49,957 nucleotides of DNA from Candidatus Micrarchaeaceae archaeon (GTDB lineage Archaea > Micrarchaeota > Micrarchaeia > Micrarchaeales > Micrarchaeaceae). Of the stretch, positions 20,434 to 31,494 are shown piece after piece. Location: NCBI GenBank assembly GCA_050013715.1, contig JBEKES010000002.1:1-49957 (forward strand), read 5' to 3'. Numbering within the stretch: the first letter of the stretch is position 1; each line of letters starts with the position of its first letter. The notes beneath the pieces are model-generated. The model was not told where the DNA came from. It saw only the letters and a list, made by a program, of their open reading frames with translations, and did not search any database. A program made the position numbers and the translations under genes.

Positions 20434-21594
20434 TCAGTATCTTATCGTTTTAGAGAATAACCTCTCGTACTGCTTTGCTATCAAGTCCCAGTTGTGGCAT
20501 TTTATCATTCGCTCTCTGCCGCTCTTTGCGACTTTCAGAGCGATTTTCCTGTTGTCCATTACATATCTTATTTTTTCCTTTATGTCATTATAATCTTTCG
20601 GCTTTACATAGAATCCGGAACTGCCCACCATTTCAGGGACGCCTCCAACCTTTGATACTATCGATGGCATCTCGCAGGCCAGCGCCTCAAGAACTGCTAA
20701 TCCTGCAGGCTCGTACAGCGAAGGTAATGAGAAAATATCGCAGGCATTATAATAGAAGGGCAATTCCTTATCGTCTAAATTGTACATGATCTTGAACCTG
20801 TCCTTTATGTCCAATCTTTTTGCTGCTGTATATAATCTTCTTTTTAACGGTCCGTTTCCTATTACAAGAAGATTCAGATTCTCCTTATCATTATTTACAA
20901 GCTCGGAAACCGCTTCCATAAGGTATATCTGCCCTTTCTGCTTCGCCAGCCTTCCGTTGGTAAGTATGGTAATTCCATCAAAGCCAAGCCTGTTTCTTAC
21001 TTTCGATACCTCCTTGTTGCTTCTTCCTATTTTCCTGTAGTTATTGTAATCCACTCCGTTGAAAACAAGGTGCGTCTTCTTGAGGTCGCGCCTCGGAACA
21101 GTTGTCTTTATGGTGCTTGTGGAAACTCCCGTTATAAGATCCATGTCGTGCATCAGTTTGATGCCCCATATCCTGTAATCGTAAATATATCCCAATCTGT
21201 CTGTCAAAGGATCTATATTCGTAGGCAAGGCATTGTGTATTGTCAATGCAAGCTTCTTGTTCATGTCCTTTACTGTATTTACAGTGTCCTTGAAATACTG
21301 GTACCTGTTGTTTATGTGGTAAATGTCGCTTTTCTCCTTGACAAGCGCTTTTTTCAATCCCTGGAAGAATACGAACGGCATGGGAAATATCGGTATGTGC
21401 GTTTGTATGTTCCTGAGCCTCACTATCTTTATTCCTTCTATGTATTCAACAGAGGGCCTGTTTTTCCTTAGTGGCGCTGAAGTTATAATTGTTACATTGT
21501 TGTTTTTTACAAGTCGCTTATACACTTCCATTATTACCTTTTCAGTTCCTCCCTTGTACGGGTAAAAGAAAGGATTCAGAACGCAAATATCCAA
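20434..21594 (-). CDS. Glycosyltransferase family 4
   Basis: FYPYKGGTE, GRLAKQKG, PSLYEPAGLAVLEALAC. Confidence 0.93.
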   Translation of the reverse strand: MDICVLNPFFYPYKGGTEKVIMEVYKRLVKNNNVTIITSAPLRKNRPSVEYIEGIKIVRLRNIQTHIPIFPMPFVFFQGLKKALVKEKSDIYHINNRYQYFKDTVNTVKDMNKKLALTIHNALPTNIDPLTDRLGYIYDYRIWGIKLMHDMDLITGVSTSTIKTTVPRRDLKKTHLVFNGVDYNNYRKIGRSNKEVSKVRNRLGFDGITILTNGRLAKQKGQIYLMEAVSELVNNDKENLNLLVIGNGPLKRRLYTAAKRLDIKDRFKIMYNLDDKELPFYYNACDIFSLPSLYEPAGLAVLEALACEMPSIVSKVGGVPEMVGSSGFYVKPKDYNDIKEKIRYVMDNRKIALKVAKSGRERMIKCHNWDLIAKQYERLFSKTIRY

Positions 21595-21768
21595 AAGACC
21601 ATCTCAGAATTGATTATATTGCAATCCATCTATATAAACTGTTATAATTTGCTTGATAAAAGTTTTAATTATTTTCTGAATTTCAGATAAATGCAAACTG
21701 CCTCAAAAACCAAAATATTGCATAAATCTTTAAATACTCTGTACGAGATAGATATTATACGTGTAAAG

Positions 21769-23202
21769 ATGACCAAAGACAGGAAGGACGTAATTGTGCT
21801 AATGATGGATACCGTGAGGGCTGAGGACGTATATAGAAATCCGCAGCTTTCAACGCTAAACAGGATAGCGCGCAACGCAAGCAACTATACTCATGCAGTG
21901 TCATCAGGATCCTGGACGGTTCCTACCCATGCGTCATTGTTCACCAACAGGAAAGTATCCGACATAAAGCAAGTATCAAGGGACTTCCTGAAGAACGGGA
22001 CAAACAAAATAGACCCATGGATGGTAAAAACAAAATTCCTGAGCGAGAATGAGAATACTCTATCGAGAAAGCTCTCAAATTATGGCTATCAATCTGTTCT
22101 TCTTTCCAATAATCCCTTTCTAACCAGCTTTACCAATCTGGGATTAGGCTTCGACAAGATCCATGACGTATGGCTTAATTCCAATGTAAAATACAACAAG
22201 TCCCTTGCAAGAAAATTATCCTTCATACTGGAAGGCGGCGCATCCGCAAGGATCAAAATGATCTATACTGCTTATCTTCTCACAAGATTCCTCCCGAAAA
22301 GCACGCTTGACAAACTGTATGTCAGCGCAAGGCGCAGGATGAACCAGGGTGTTGCAAAGGCCGATGGAACAAACAAGCTTGACAGGGGTGCAATAGATAC
22401 GAACAAGCTGCTTAACGCATATCTGACCTACGATTACAATTATAGGCCACAGTTCATTTTCATAAACTACATGGAAGCACACGAGAATTATCCTTTGAAC
22501 GACATGGGAATACCACAGGACAAATGGCTTTACCTTGGGGGTGTTGAGGAAATGAGCGACTACAACATGCACAAATTGCACAAAGGCTATCTCAGAAGAC
22601 TGAAATACCTTGACAAATCTATAAACTCAACAATTGAAATACTAAAGCAAAAAGGATTATTGGAAAACTCAACAATACTATTTACTTCAGATCACGGCCA
22701 ATTATTCGGAGAGCACGGGCTTCTCTATCATTCGCTTCCGCCCTATGAGCAAATCTCAAGGGTTCCGCTTCTTGCAGCAAACTATGAAAACGGAAAATTA
22801 GTGAAAATGAAAGATACCGTTGATACTCCTGTTTCGACTTCGGCGCTGCACGATTCAATACTGGATCTTGCCGAAGGGAAATACAAGTACCTTGACGGCA
22901 ATATAAGAAAAGACAGGTATGTGATATCAGAACATACTGGAATAAGCGAGGGCTGGGACGAGAAACTTCTCAGCATGCTTGCGCCAAGGGCAAAAAGCGC
23001 GGCCGCGATACTAAAGGCAAAAAGAAAATTGAACATGAAGGTAACTGCAATTTACAAAGGTGACATGAAGCTCATGCATTACTTCGGAAGAAGAAAGGAC
23101 GAACTCTACGAAGTGTCAAAAGATCCTCAAGAAACTACAAACATAATAAATTCCAACAGAACGCTTGCTCTTGAAATGGCTAATTCACTACACGATTGTT
23201 AA
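21769..23202 (+). CDS. Sulfatase / alkaline phosphatase superfamily protein
   Basis: [28 protein letters not shown]; start moved downstream of TTTAAATA box. Confidence 0.88.
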   Translation: MTKDRKDVIVLMMDTVRAEDVYRNPQLSTLNRIARNASNYTHAVSSGSWTVPTHASLFTNRKVSDIKQVSRDFLKNGTNKIDPWMVKTKFLSENENTLSRKLSNYGYQSVLLSNNPFLTSFTNLGLGFDKIHDVWLNSNVKYNKSLARKLSFILEGGASARIKMIYTAYLLTRFLPKSTLDKLYVSARRRMNQGVAKADGTNKLDRGAIDTNKLLNAYLTYDYNYRPQFIFINYMEAHENYPLNDMGIPQDKWLYLGGVEEMSDYNMHKLHKGYLRRLKYLDKSINSTIEILKQKGLLENSTILFTSDHGQLFGEHGLLYHSLPPYEQISRVPLLAANYENGKLVKMKDTVDTPVSTSALHDSILDLAEGKYKYLDGNIRKDRYVISEHTGISEGWDEKLLSMLAPRAKSAAAILKAKRKLNMKVTAIYKGDMKLMHYFGRRKDELYEVSKDPQETTNIINSNRTLALEMANSLHDC

Positions 23203-24011
23203 ACCTGCTCCTGCGCCAGTATTGATTTTACGTAATTTTGCTTGCAAGCGCTTGCCGTTGAATTGAGCGTTGAATTGCTTCTGCATATGTAAGCGGTGAA
23301 TATGTTCGCATTGGCTATTATTGCCTGGGCGTCATTGCTGCCAGGGTTATTGAGCTGCGATATTATCTGATTCCAGTTCTGCCCGTTTATTATCTGGGGG
23401 CTTACCACTGCGCCATCCTGTATGCTTGTATTTGCAAAATCTATGAAGGGAATCCCCTGGGCGTACTTTCCGTATATGCTCTGCATCAAAGGAGTGTAAT
23501 TGCTGTTGTTTATCGGTTGCTCTTCTCTGTTTGTTATTTCGAATCCGTTGAAATGTACCAAGTTGCTATTATAGCTGGAATTTACGAAAGAGAACGTAGG
23601 TGTATCTGCATAGACGTCAGTAGGGCTGGATTCCATGTACGTCAAATTTGTAAAGCTGCCGAACCTCATCAATGCTAATACCAAACCCCATCTTGTAATT
23701 GCGCAGTAGGGGCAGAAATCTCCACCTACGTAAAGAATCTCTGGTTTTCCGTTAATTGTGAATGTAGGTGCATTGATCGGTCCCGGAAGATTGGAAGAAG
23801 CTGATATGGCTATTCCTGAGCCTACCTGATTTGCAAGAGTGTTGTTGTTTGCAATGTTTTGCAATTGCAGGATTGTCGATGCGCTAACAGGACTCCCAAT
23901 GAGCGATGAGCCTGAACTGCTTGTGAGAAGCAGATAGGCAACAACACCCACAACAACGATTACAGCCACTGCGATATAAATCATATATTCTTTCTTTATA
24001 GAAACACCCAA
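23199..24011 (-). CDS. DUF929 family membrane-anchored thioredoxin-like protein
   Basis: [26 protein letters not shown]. Confidence 0.85.
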   Translation of the reverse strand: MGVSIKKEYMIYIAVAVIVVVGVVAYLLLTSSSGSSLIGSPVSASTILQLQNIANNNTLANQVGSGIAISASSNLPGPINAPTFTINGKPEILYVGGDFCPYCAITRWGLVLALMRFGSFTNLTYMESSPTDVYADTPTFSFVNSSYNSNLVHFNGFEITNREEQPINNSNYTPLMQSIYGKYAQGIPFIDFANTSIQDGAVVSPQIINGQNWNQIISQLNNPGSNDAQAIIANANIFTAYICRSNSTLNSTASACKQNYVKSILAQEQV

Positions 24012-24074
24012 CAGTTATATAGTATTCGCAACTATCTTTATAAATATTGTTGCATATATCTATGAAGTGAACTT

Positions 24075-24929
24075 ATGCTTTCCAGTGCTTACCTGTACAA
24101 GCTATTCGTAGGATTAATATTGGGCATAGTGCAGGGGATAAGCGAATGGCTCCCCATAAGCAGCAAGACACAGATACTTCTTGTATCATCGTTTCTTTTG
24201 CATCTTACTTTCTCGCAGGCATATGCGTTAGGATTATTCTTAGAAGGAGGCACGTTCATAGCGGCACTGATCTACTTCAGGAAAGAAGTCAAGAAGGCAA
24301 TACTTGCAATATTTGGCAAGAGCGATAATGAAGGCAAACTGTTACTCAAATACTTGGTAGTAGTTACAATAGTAACTGGAATAATAGCTGTTCCTATTTA
24401 CAAATATGTATCAAACATAACTGGTGCAGTTATAGGAATTCCAATGATAGTGCTTGGAATTCTTCTTATCATTGATTGGATAGTAATAAAATTCTCAAAA
24501 TCTTTGCATTCTGTAAAGAAAGATATACACAATCTCACATTATTGGATTTTGTATTTGTTGGAATAGCCCAGGGTTTGTCTGCGCTTCCTGGAATAAGCA
24601 GATCAGGTGCAACGACATCTACTATGCTGTTTCTTAACACAAAGCCAGAAGAGGCATTCAGATTGTCGTTCTTTGCGTTGCTGCCAGCTTCAATAGGTGC
24701 ATCACTAGTGACAATAATATTCTCGCATGTCCAGGTAAGCTATGTATTCAGCGTACTTACGTTGCCGGGTCTTATAGTCGCAATAATTGTATCAACGTTG
24801 GTAAGTCTTGTACTGATAAGCGGGTTGATAAAGTTTGCAAAGACAAACACAATGACAACAATAATACTAATACTTGGAATCATAGCAATATTGGGTGGAA
24901 TTATCGGAGTACTTGTTGGTGCTGGATAA
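24075..24929 (+). CDS. uppP: Undecaprenyl-diphosphate phosphatase (BacA family)
   Basis: QGISEWLPISS, PGISRSGAT. Confidence 0.9.
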   Translation: MLSSAYLYKLFVGLILGIVQGISEWLPISSKTQILLVSSFLLHLTFSQAYALGLFLEGGTFIAALIYFRKEVKKAILAIFGKSDNEGKLLLKYLVVVTIVTGIIAVPIYKYVSNITGAVIGIPMIVLGILLIIDWIVIKFSKSLHSVKKDIHNLTLLDFVFVGIAQGLSALPGISRSGATTSTMLFLNTKPEEAFRLSFFALLPASIGASLVTIIFSHVQVSYVFSVLTLPGLIVAIIVSTLVSLVLISGLIKFAKTNTMTTIILILGIIAILGGIIGVLVGAG

Positions 24930-24970
24930 GACTTATATATAATAATCTTGTTTTATAAATAAATATTCAA

Positions 24971-25111
24971 GGGGTTATAGCGTAACTTGGCAGCGCGGCA
25001 GGCTCCAGATGTTTATATTTTGTTGAGCAAACTTGCGATGATGAGGATCTGGAATTAAGAAATAGAATATGAAGTAACCTGCAAATCTGGGTTCAAATCC
25101 CAGTGACCCCA
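24971..25111 (+). tRNA. tRNA-Trp(CCA) with intron at 37/38 (about 25009-25076)
   Basis: Acceptor GGGGTTA/TGACCCC, anticodon stem GCAGG/CCTGC, CCA at 25005-25007, T arm CTGGG-TTCAAAT-CCCAG. Confidence 0.92.
25009..25076 (+). ncRNA. Intron-encoded C/D box-like guide RNA
   Basis: ATGATGA at 25038-25044; ATCTGGA complementary to the anticodon region TCCAGAT. Confidence 0.6.
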
Positions 25112-25115
25112 AATT

Positions 25116-25418
25116 TCATTCGACTGGTTCTAGCCAAGTGCCTCTTCTCCATTTACCATCAGGAAAAGCCGCAATTCCAAAATCTGGAAGATATATTTCA
25201 GTTTCGGTAGCTGTCGTTGGAGTTATAAGTTCTACACTAATTAAGTTAAGCCTTCTTTCATTCAAAGACAAAATTCTGAATCTACCAGCACTGATCTCTG
25301 GAGATTCCTTATGTTTTATATCATACATTTTACCTACAACTAACTGTTCCTTTGCAGTTATTTGGCGTTCTACATATTTTAAAGGATTATCAAACATAGG
25401 GAAACTTTTTGTAACCAT
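25116..25418 (-). CDS. Hypothetical protein (orphan-like)
   Basis: 100 aa; TATA and GTGATG RBS. Confidence 0.65.
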   Translation of the reverse strand: MVTKSFPMFDNPLKYVERQITAKEQLVVGKMYDIKHKESPEISAGRFRILSLNERRLNLISVELITPTTATETEIYLPDFGIAAFPDGKWRRGTWLEPVE

Positions 25419-25535
25419 TTCATCACAAAATAACTCTATTTATAGAAATATAAATACCTATCTGAAAAGACCATTCATAAATCGGTAATCCCGAATCTAT
25501 ATATATTTCCTAAAACCATCACCTATAGTGATAAT

Positions 25536-26012
25536 TTGCAAAAATCTTTAAGAATTGTTTACGAGAAGGACTTTACAGACAGATTGAAACAAGCCAGCAG
25601 AGTTTTAAGTTTAGCTAAAAACTGTTTCAGTAAAGATCGTCTAGATAGTGCAACAAATCCAGATAAAATTGAACAGCCTGTAGTTGAAGCGGTCGATGTT
25701 TTTATCGAAGGATTAAAAAACAAAAATTACGCTATACGAAGACAAACAATTGAAGAAGTAAAAAGAAAAATGAATTCACCCAAAAATATTTTTGTTAATT
25801 TTCATCTTCGAGGAATACTAATATCTACGGCTACATGTGCAGCATTCGATGAACAAAAGGAAGGATTACTTTCTGTAAAAGAAATATGCAAGGCAATAAT
25901 AATTAAACTTAATCAAGATACTGAATCATTTAGAGTAATTTCAATTAGAACTGAAAATACTCTAAAAATACTTAGGAAACAAAATATAAATCCAATAGAA
26001 CCTAGAAAATAA
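25536..26012 (+). CDS. Hypothetical protein (orphan-like, helical)
   Basis: TTG start after TAGTGATA; 158 aa. Confidence 0.6.
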   Translation: MQKSLRIVYEKDFTDRLKQASRVLSLAKNCFSKDRLDSATNPDKIEQPVVEAVDVFIEGLKNKNYAIRRQTIEEVKRKMNSPKNIFVNFHLRGILISTATCAAFDEQKEGLLSVKEICKAIIIKLNQDTESFRVISIRTENTLKILRKQNINPIEPRK

Positions 26013-26022
26013 TGTATCTCTT

Positions 26023-26922
26023 TTATGTTTTTTTGATGCTCCAATATGCATCATCAAAAGCGGTATTTACAAGGTTTATCAAACCGTTTAAATCATCGAA
26101 ACTATTGAAACTCAAAACCGCATTGAACACATTAGTAGTTCCTGTTTTTTGATATAAATATATTCTTGGAATTTTCAATTTAAGTTTATAGAATTTACTC
26201 TTCAAAATTTCATTAGCCTTTTTTTCAAGAATTGTTGCAGATACATCTGCATTCACAATTACTTGAAACGGATATGAATAATCCATACTGTTTTTCAAAT
26301 GGGTAAATACTGTAGATGTTGCCAGCAAGGTATTCGGAACTTTAACTCTGTTATTGTCGTGTGTAATTACCTCTGTTAATAATATATTGACCTTTACTAC
26401 TTTGCACAGAAGATCTCCCCACGAAAGAGAATGAAGAATAACAATATCTCCTGGAAGCAGTGTTTTTCCAGACGAAATAAGGAATCCTGATATTATGCTA
26501 GTGAATACTGTCTGAACTGCCAGTCCGATTATTATGCCTCCAATAGCACCTCCTGCAAGCGCTTCAGAAAGACTTATGCCAAAACCGGTAAGGACAATAG
26601 CTATTACTGCAAACCAGAATAATACGCGTAAAAAGAGTTTTATCACTTCAGTATTTGCAAAATCATGTTTTTGTTTTCCTCTTAGTTCCACTACAGACAA
26701 CAGTATTTTGTATACTATATAAGCGCCCAAAATTCCTAATAAAATGCGCGTAGCCTCTACTATGTAAGGTATGTAAGAAACATAAGAAGGAGCAAATCTC
26801 TTTATTAAAATATAAGCAACAGTGTCAGCAACAAAAAGTGCAATTGTGAATAAAATAATTAGAACTAAAGCTAATAAATATCGGCCTCTTATTCTCCTCC
26901 CAGGTATATTCTCCACTGGCAT
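26023..26922 (-). CDS. mscS: Small-conductance mechanosensitive channel
   Basis: Three TM, IIGLAVQTVFTSIISG, PGD, VPN. Confidence 0.88.
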   Translation of the reverse strand: MPVENIPGRRIRGRYLLALVLIILFTIALFVADTVAYILIKRFAPSYVSYIPYIVEATRILLGILGAYIVYKILLSVVELRGKQKHDFANTEVIKLFLRVLFWFAVIAIVLTGFGISLSEALAGGAIGGIIIGLAVQTVFTSIISGFLISSGKTLLPGDIVILHSLSWGDLLCKVVKVNILLTEVITHDNNRVKVPNTLLATSTVFTHLKNSMDYSYPFQVIVNADVSATILEKKANEILKSKFYKLKLKIPRIYLYQKTGTTNVFNAVLSFNSFDDLNGLINLVNTAFDDAYWSIKKT

Positions 26923-26980
26923 CGTATCATTTCATATTATCGTTAAATAACTTCTTATAGTTTAGCATAGTAATAAACTC

Positions 26981-27898
26981 ATGAATACTAAAAAAGATTC
27001 TTTTAGTATCAAAAGAAACAAGAAAGGATCAATACCTGGGGCTTTTCTTGCAATTTTAATAGTAATAATTATAGCAGCAGCAATATTCTTCGTAGCTGAT
27101 ATTAATCACAGCACACAAACCTATGCACCGCAACTGCCGAGTTTTCCAAATGTAAGTAGTTCAATCCCTGCAGCATTCCCTAATGTTCTTTCAGAGCCTT
27201 CCAGCCAGTCAACTTTGCAGCTAAAGCAACTATCACAATCAAGCCTTTCCAATATCAGTCAATTTACCATTCTATATAACGGGAGCATTCAGGTAAGGCC
27301 TTCAGGATTCACTTCATCGATTGCATCAGTAGATTCTCCCATATACATGAATGAATCCAAATACCACAGCAACCTAAAGCTTTACATCAAGGCGACAAGT
27401 CTTCCTGTAATAGGAACAGGAGAAATATTTTTCCTCAATCAAACAAATGGTACATTCATCTGCACCAATTTTAATGCAAGTGCAGCATCCAACGGAAAAT
27501 ACAGCAACCTGATTCTTGGAAGCAGGAGCATCTCCTGCATAAACTCCGATAATCTGATAGGAATTAATTTCAACCAGCTTGCCTATTTTAATTTGAATGA
27601 ATTGGCAAACTTCGGAATAAATGTTGCTTACCAGAAGAGCTACCAAAGCAAGTATAACGGAATTCCCTGCACATTCGTGTCAGGAAACCTTACCGAGTTG
27701 GGCAGCAACAGCTCAATCATTGGGAAAGGCGCATTCGAAATGTGCTATTCTGATACCTACTACATGCCTTTGAGCTTTTCAGCATACATGAATGGCAATA
27801 ATGGCGCATTCGCCATGAATCTCAACGCAAGCTCCATAAGCAACAGCTCAAGCCAATCCTATGTTGAATCATTGCCAGGACCAGTAATAAGCAAATAA
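26981..27898 (+). CDS. Secreted/surface protein with class III-like signal peptide
   Basis: KKGSIPGAFLAILIVIII; Ser/Asn-rich mature region. Confidence 0.7.
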   Translation: MNTKKDSFSIKRNKKGSIPGAFLAILIVIIIAAAIFFVADINHSTQTYAPQLPSFPNVSSSIPAAFPNVLSEPSSQSTLQLKQLSQSSLSNISQFTILYNGSIQVRPSGFTSSIASVDSPIYMNESKYHSNLKLYIKATSLPVIGTGEIFFLNQTNGTFICTNFNASAASNGKYSNLILGSRSISCINSDNLIGINFNQLAYFNLNELANFGINVAYQKSYQSKYNGIPCTFVSGNLTELGSNSSIIGKGAFEMCYSDTYYMPLSFSAYMNGNNGAFAMNLNASSISNSSSQSYVESLPGPVISK

Positions 27899-27909
27899 GG
27901 GCGTATGCA

Positions 27910-28365
27910 ATGAAAGAGGACCCAAAGAAGCAGTCTCACCTATTTAAAAAACCCGAGACATGCATATTTTGCAATGTAGTGAATAACGAAATCGAAAGAT
28001 ATGTAGTTTTTGAGGATTCTCAGTCAATAGCCTTTTTAGATATGAAACCGCTTTTTCCCGGGCATGTCTTGCTAGTTCCGAAAATGCATTATTCTGAAAT
28101 AGATCAGATTCCTGGCAAAACAATTGATGTGCTTTTCAATAATGTCAAATTGCTAAGCAAAGCGGTTGAGAGCAGTTTAGGTGCCGATGGCACATTCATA
28201 GCTGTTAACAACAAGGTTAGCCAAAGCGTGCCTCACCTTCACATACACATAGTTCCAAGAAAATTCAAGGATGGACTTAAAGGATTCTTCTGGCCAAGGT
28301 ACAAATACAGCAGCAAGGAAGAAATCGAAAAAATTAAAGACAAGATCGCAAATGCAATCAAATGA
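27910..28365 (+). CDS. HIT family hydrolase
   Basis: CIFC, PGHVLLVPK, HLHIHIVPR. Confidence 0.93.
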   Translation: MKEDPKKQSHLFKKPETCIFCNVVNNEIERYVVFEDSQSIAFLDMKPLFPGHVLLVPKMHYSEIDQIPGKTIDVLFNNVKLLSKAVESSLGADGTFIAVNNKVSQSVPHLHIHIVPRKFKDGLKGFFWPRYKYSSKEEIEKIKDKIANAIK

Positions 28366-29283
28366 TCATTTCTTTATCAACGTTCCTGATTTTTCATTGA
28401 GCATTAGTTCAAGTTCAAACAGATTCCCTATGTAAGCTCGCTTTCCTCCATTTTCAATGAACTTTATGCATGCCTCTACCTTTGGGCGTATGGTCCCTTC
28501 CTCCAGCGTATTCAATAGCGGTTTCAATTTTTTTATTGAAATCTCTTTTATGAGTCCTTTCCTTTTTTTATAATCTTTATACAAATAATGCTCGTTTGTA
28601 AGTATTACTAGCGTTTCAGCTCCCACAGAACTTGCAAGAAGCTGTGCAGTCAAATCCTTGTCTATTACTGCACTAATGCCATATAATTTTTTGCCCCTTT
28701 TTACCATGGGTATTCCTCCTCCCCCACAGGAAATAACCAGATTATTCTTAGATTGCATTTTTATCGATTCTTCTTCAAGTATTTTTTTAGGCTTTGGAGA
28801 AGCCACAACCTGTCTATATTTGGATTTTATTTTTATGTAATCAAATTTATCGAGCTTGAGCTCATTTTGAAGTTCTTTTTTGGTATAGAGCGGACCTATC
28901 GGTTTCGAAGGCTTTTTGAAGCAGGGATCATTTTTATCAACTAATACGTGCGTCAATATTACCGAAACATCCTTTCTAATGCCTAATTCTTCCATGCTGT
29001 TTCTTATCGAGGTTTCAATCAATGTTCCTATCTGTGCCTGGGTTTCTGCATTTATGACATAAAGCGGCATCTTTGGCATGAATTTTTTGGAATGCTCATT
29101 TCTTGCAAGCTCGTCCCCAACCTGCGAGCCGTTGCCGTGAGTTAGAATTATCCTATTGGTTTTCAATAATTTTACAATGCTTTTCGAAATCCTTTCCATA
29201 TTCCTGTTTTCGTTAAATAGGCTCTGCTTACCTGAAGGGTCTAGCAATGCATTGCCACCAATCGCAATAACGACAGAATCCAT
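28366..29283 (-). CDS. arcC: Carbamate kinase
   Basis: IAIGGNAL, THGNGSQVG, KPIGP, VVASPKP, GGGGIP, VIDKD. Confidence 0.92.
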   Translation of the reverse strand: MDSVVIAIGGNALLDPSGKQSLFNENRNMERISKSIVKLLKTNRIILTHGNGSQVGDELARNEHSKKFMPKMPLYVINAETQAQIGTLIETSIRNSMEELGIRKDVSVILTHVLVDKNDPCFKKPSKPIGPLYTKKELQNELKLDKFDYIKIKSKYRQVVASPKPKKILEEESIKMQSKNNLVISCGGGGIPMVKRGKKLYGISAVIDKDLTAQLLASSVGAETLVILTNEHYLYKDYKKRKGLIKEISIKKLKPLLNTLEEGTIRPKVEACIKFIENGGKRAYIGNLFELELMLNEKSGTLIKK

Positions 29284-29331
29284 TAAATCAACATTATTAT
29301 ACGTTTACTCTCAACTATAAATGGTATTGCA

Positions 29332-29931
29332 ATGATAAAACTAATAATCTTCGATGTGGGTGGAGTAATAGACACATTTGACGAGAAATATTACATAGAT
29401 TACATATCAAAAAAGGTAAGCGTCAATCCAAAGGAATTTAGAAAAGTGCTAATACCATTGCTGGATAAGATGGAAATAGGCAAATTAGAGCTCGTTGACA
29501 TGGAAAGGATTCTTTCCAAGAAGTTCAATGTAAGCAAGGAAAAGCTGGAGTGGGAAAAGGCCTTTGTGAAGCTCAACACCATCAATGAAAATATAATCAA
29601 GCTTATTGCAAGATTATCAAAAAAATATAAAATCGCAATACTTACTAACGTCAGCAGAAGCAGGCACATAATGAAGATGGAAGGATACCTGGAACGTGTA
29701 GCATATGATAAAATATTCAGTTCCTGCTACTTGAAAATGAGAAAACCAGAGGCAAGAATATACAAATTCGTTTTAAAGAAGATGAATGTCAAGGCCAGCG
29801 AGGCGGTATTCATAGATAATCTAAAGAAGAATACTGACGGCGCAAAAAAAGTTGGCATCACTTCAATACAATTCAAAAACTATAGGCAATTGGTAAAATC
29901 CTTCGCAAAAATTGGAATAATGAGCAAATGA
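29332..29931 (+). CDS. HAD family phosphatase
   Basis: FDVGGV, LTN, KPEARIY, FIDN. Confidence 0.9.
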   Translation: MIKLIIFDVGGVIDTFDEKYYIDYISKKVSVNPKEFRKVLIPLLDKMEIGKLELVDMERILSKKFNVSKEKLEWEKAFVKLNTINENIIKLIARLSKKYKIAILTNVSRSRHIMKMEGYLERVAYDKIFSSCYLKMRKPEARIYKFVLKKMNVKASEAVFIDNLKKNTDGAKKVGITSIQFKNYRQLVKSFAKIGIMSK

Positions 29932-30782
29932 ACCTAAATGCATCGATAGAGAAATTACTTGCAGGAAGATGGATCGCTGGTTATTATCTGGAAGACGCAG
30001 TGGAAAGAACAAAGGCATTCAACTCCAAAGGAATTTCAACGATAATAAACTTTTTGGGAGAAAACGTATCCGAAAGAAAAGATATAATCAAATCAGTAGA
30101 TGTTTATCTTAATCTTATAAAAGAAATAAACAGGCAAAAACTGGATGCAGCAATCTCCATAAAACCAACTGAAATTGGATTGCTTATTAGTTATAAGAAA
30201 TTTCTTGCTAATTATCTCAAACTTGTAAGATCCTCAAAAAATAATAATGTATTTGTATGGCTTGATATGGAAGAGCCCGAATATGTAACCAAAACAATCA
30301 ACGCATACAAAACAGCTGCTAAATACGGAAATACAGGAATATGTATACAATCATATTTGAAGAGGAGCGAAGCTGATATTCTGAATATAATAGAATACAA
30401 AGGGGTAATCAGACTTGTAAAAGGAGCATATAAAGTAAAAACCAACGAAGTTTTCAATTCCAAAAGGGCATCAAACCACAACTACGCACAACTGATGAAA
30501 CTACTGTTCAAGAAGTCAAGCAAATTTACCATAGCAACGCACGATTCGCGATTGATAGAAGAGGCAATAATATTGAATAAAACATACAAAAGGAAAGTGA
30601 CATTTGCAATGTTGAACGGGATAAGAAACAAATATGCAAAGCATCTTGCAGGACATGGTCAAAATGTGTCTGTTTATGTGCCTTTCGGAGCAGATTGGAT
30701 TGGATACGGGTTAAGAAGACTCACGGAAGAAGGACACCTATCTTTAATTATAAGATCATTATTTGAAAAACAGACATTGTAA
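29928..30782 (+). CDS. Proline dehydrogenase (monofunctional)
   Basis: LGEN, SIKPT, LDMEE, QSYLKR, RLVKGAY, ATHD, YVPFG, RRLTE. Confidence 0.92.
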   Translation: MNLNASIEKLLAGRWIAGYYLEDAVERTKAFNSKGISTIINFLGENVSERKDIIKSVDVYLNLIKEINRQKLDAAISIKPTEIGLLISYKKFLANYLKLVRSSKNNNVFVWLDMEEPEYVTKTINAYKTAAKYGNTGICIQSYLKRSEADILNIIEYKGVIRLVKGAYKVKTNEVFNSKRASNHNYAQLMKLLFKKSSKFTIATHDSRLIEEAIILNKTYKRKVTFAMLNGIRNKYAKHLAGHGQNVSVYVPFGADWIGYGLRRLTEEGHLSLIIRSLFEKQTL

Positions 30783-30809
30783 TTATTCAAATATTCTATT
30801 CAAATAAAT

Positions 30810-31220
30810 TCAAAGTGTTCTGAATAATGCCACTTTGAATCCATGCGGCTCTATATCGAATCCATGCTTTACAAACCAGTCCTTATTTCTCTTGTCCGTT
30901 ACTGTTAGTATTTGGTCTATTCCAAGAGACTGAGCCCTTTCTAATAATCTAGCGATGAGTTTACCACCAATTCCCGCTTTTCTGTACTCGTGCATAATGT
31001 AAAGAGAACGCAGTTCTGATAATCTTGTTGAGTAAAAGTCAAGTGCAACAACACCGACAAGTTTGTTTTCATCACTAGCAACAATGACATTATCCTTCCT
31101 TATCAATGAACGCAATTCCCTAGAAGTCCTTGGAAGTAACATATCTTCCTCTACCCCTAACCTAATTAATCTTGATACCTCTTGAAGATCTTTTAAAGAG
31201 GCAGTTTGTATTTTAATCAT
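30810..31220 (-). CDS. GNAT acetyltransferase (short ArgA-like)
   Basis: LLPRT, ELRSLYI...YRKAGIGGKL, WFVKHGF. Confidence 0.8.
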   Translation of the reverse strand: MIKIQTASLKDLQEVSRLIRLGVEEDMLLPRTSRELRSLIRKDNVIVASDENKLVGVVALDFYSTRLSELRSLYIMHEYRKAGIGGKLIARLLERAQSLGIDQILTVTDKRNKDWFVKHGFDIEPHGFKVALFRTL

Positions 31221-31408
31221 GAAACTTCACTTCAATTCAATTACTTATTAAATTGAATTTCCTTTTGATTTATCACTAAAATTAATATCTTTAAGGAAAT
31301 ATTTATATCTATCTTAAAAACGCGGCTTCCATTTAAAATTAAAAATAAAATAGACGTACTAGTTAAAATATTAGTTTTTATATATCCATGAATTAATTAT
31401 ATCTACAT

Positions 31409-31481
31409 AGTCCCATCATCTAGAGGCCAAGGATAGCGGGCTTTGGACCCGTTTACGCCAGTTCGAATCTGGCTGGGACTA
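31409..31481 (+). tRNA. tRNA-Gln(TTG)
   Basis: AGTCCCA/TGGGACT acceptor, GCGGG-CTTTGGA-CCCGT anticodon arm, GCCAG-TTCGAAT-CTGGC T arm. Confidence 0.95.
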
Positions 31482-31494
31482 TCAAGGTGTTAAA

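Noticed and set aside
25112..26022. Cassette array at tRNA-Trp analogous to that at tRNA-Leu
   Set aside because: Orphan genes flank the tRNA, but I found no repeat of its 3' end.
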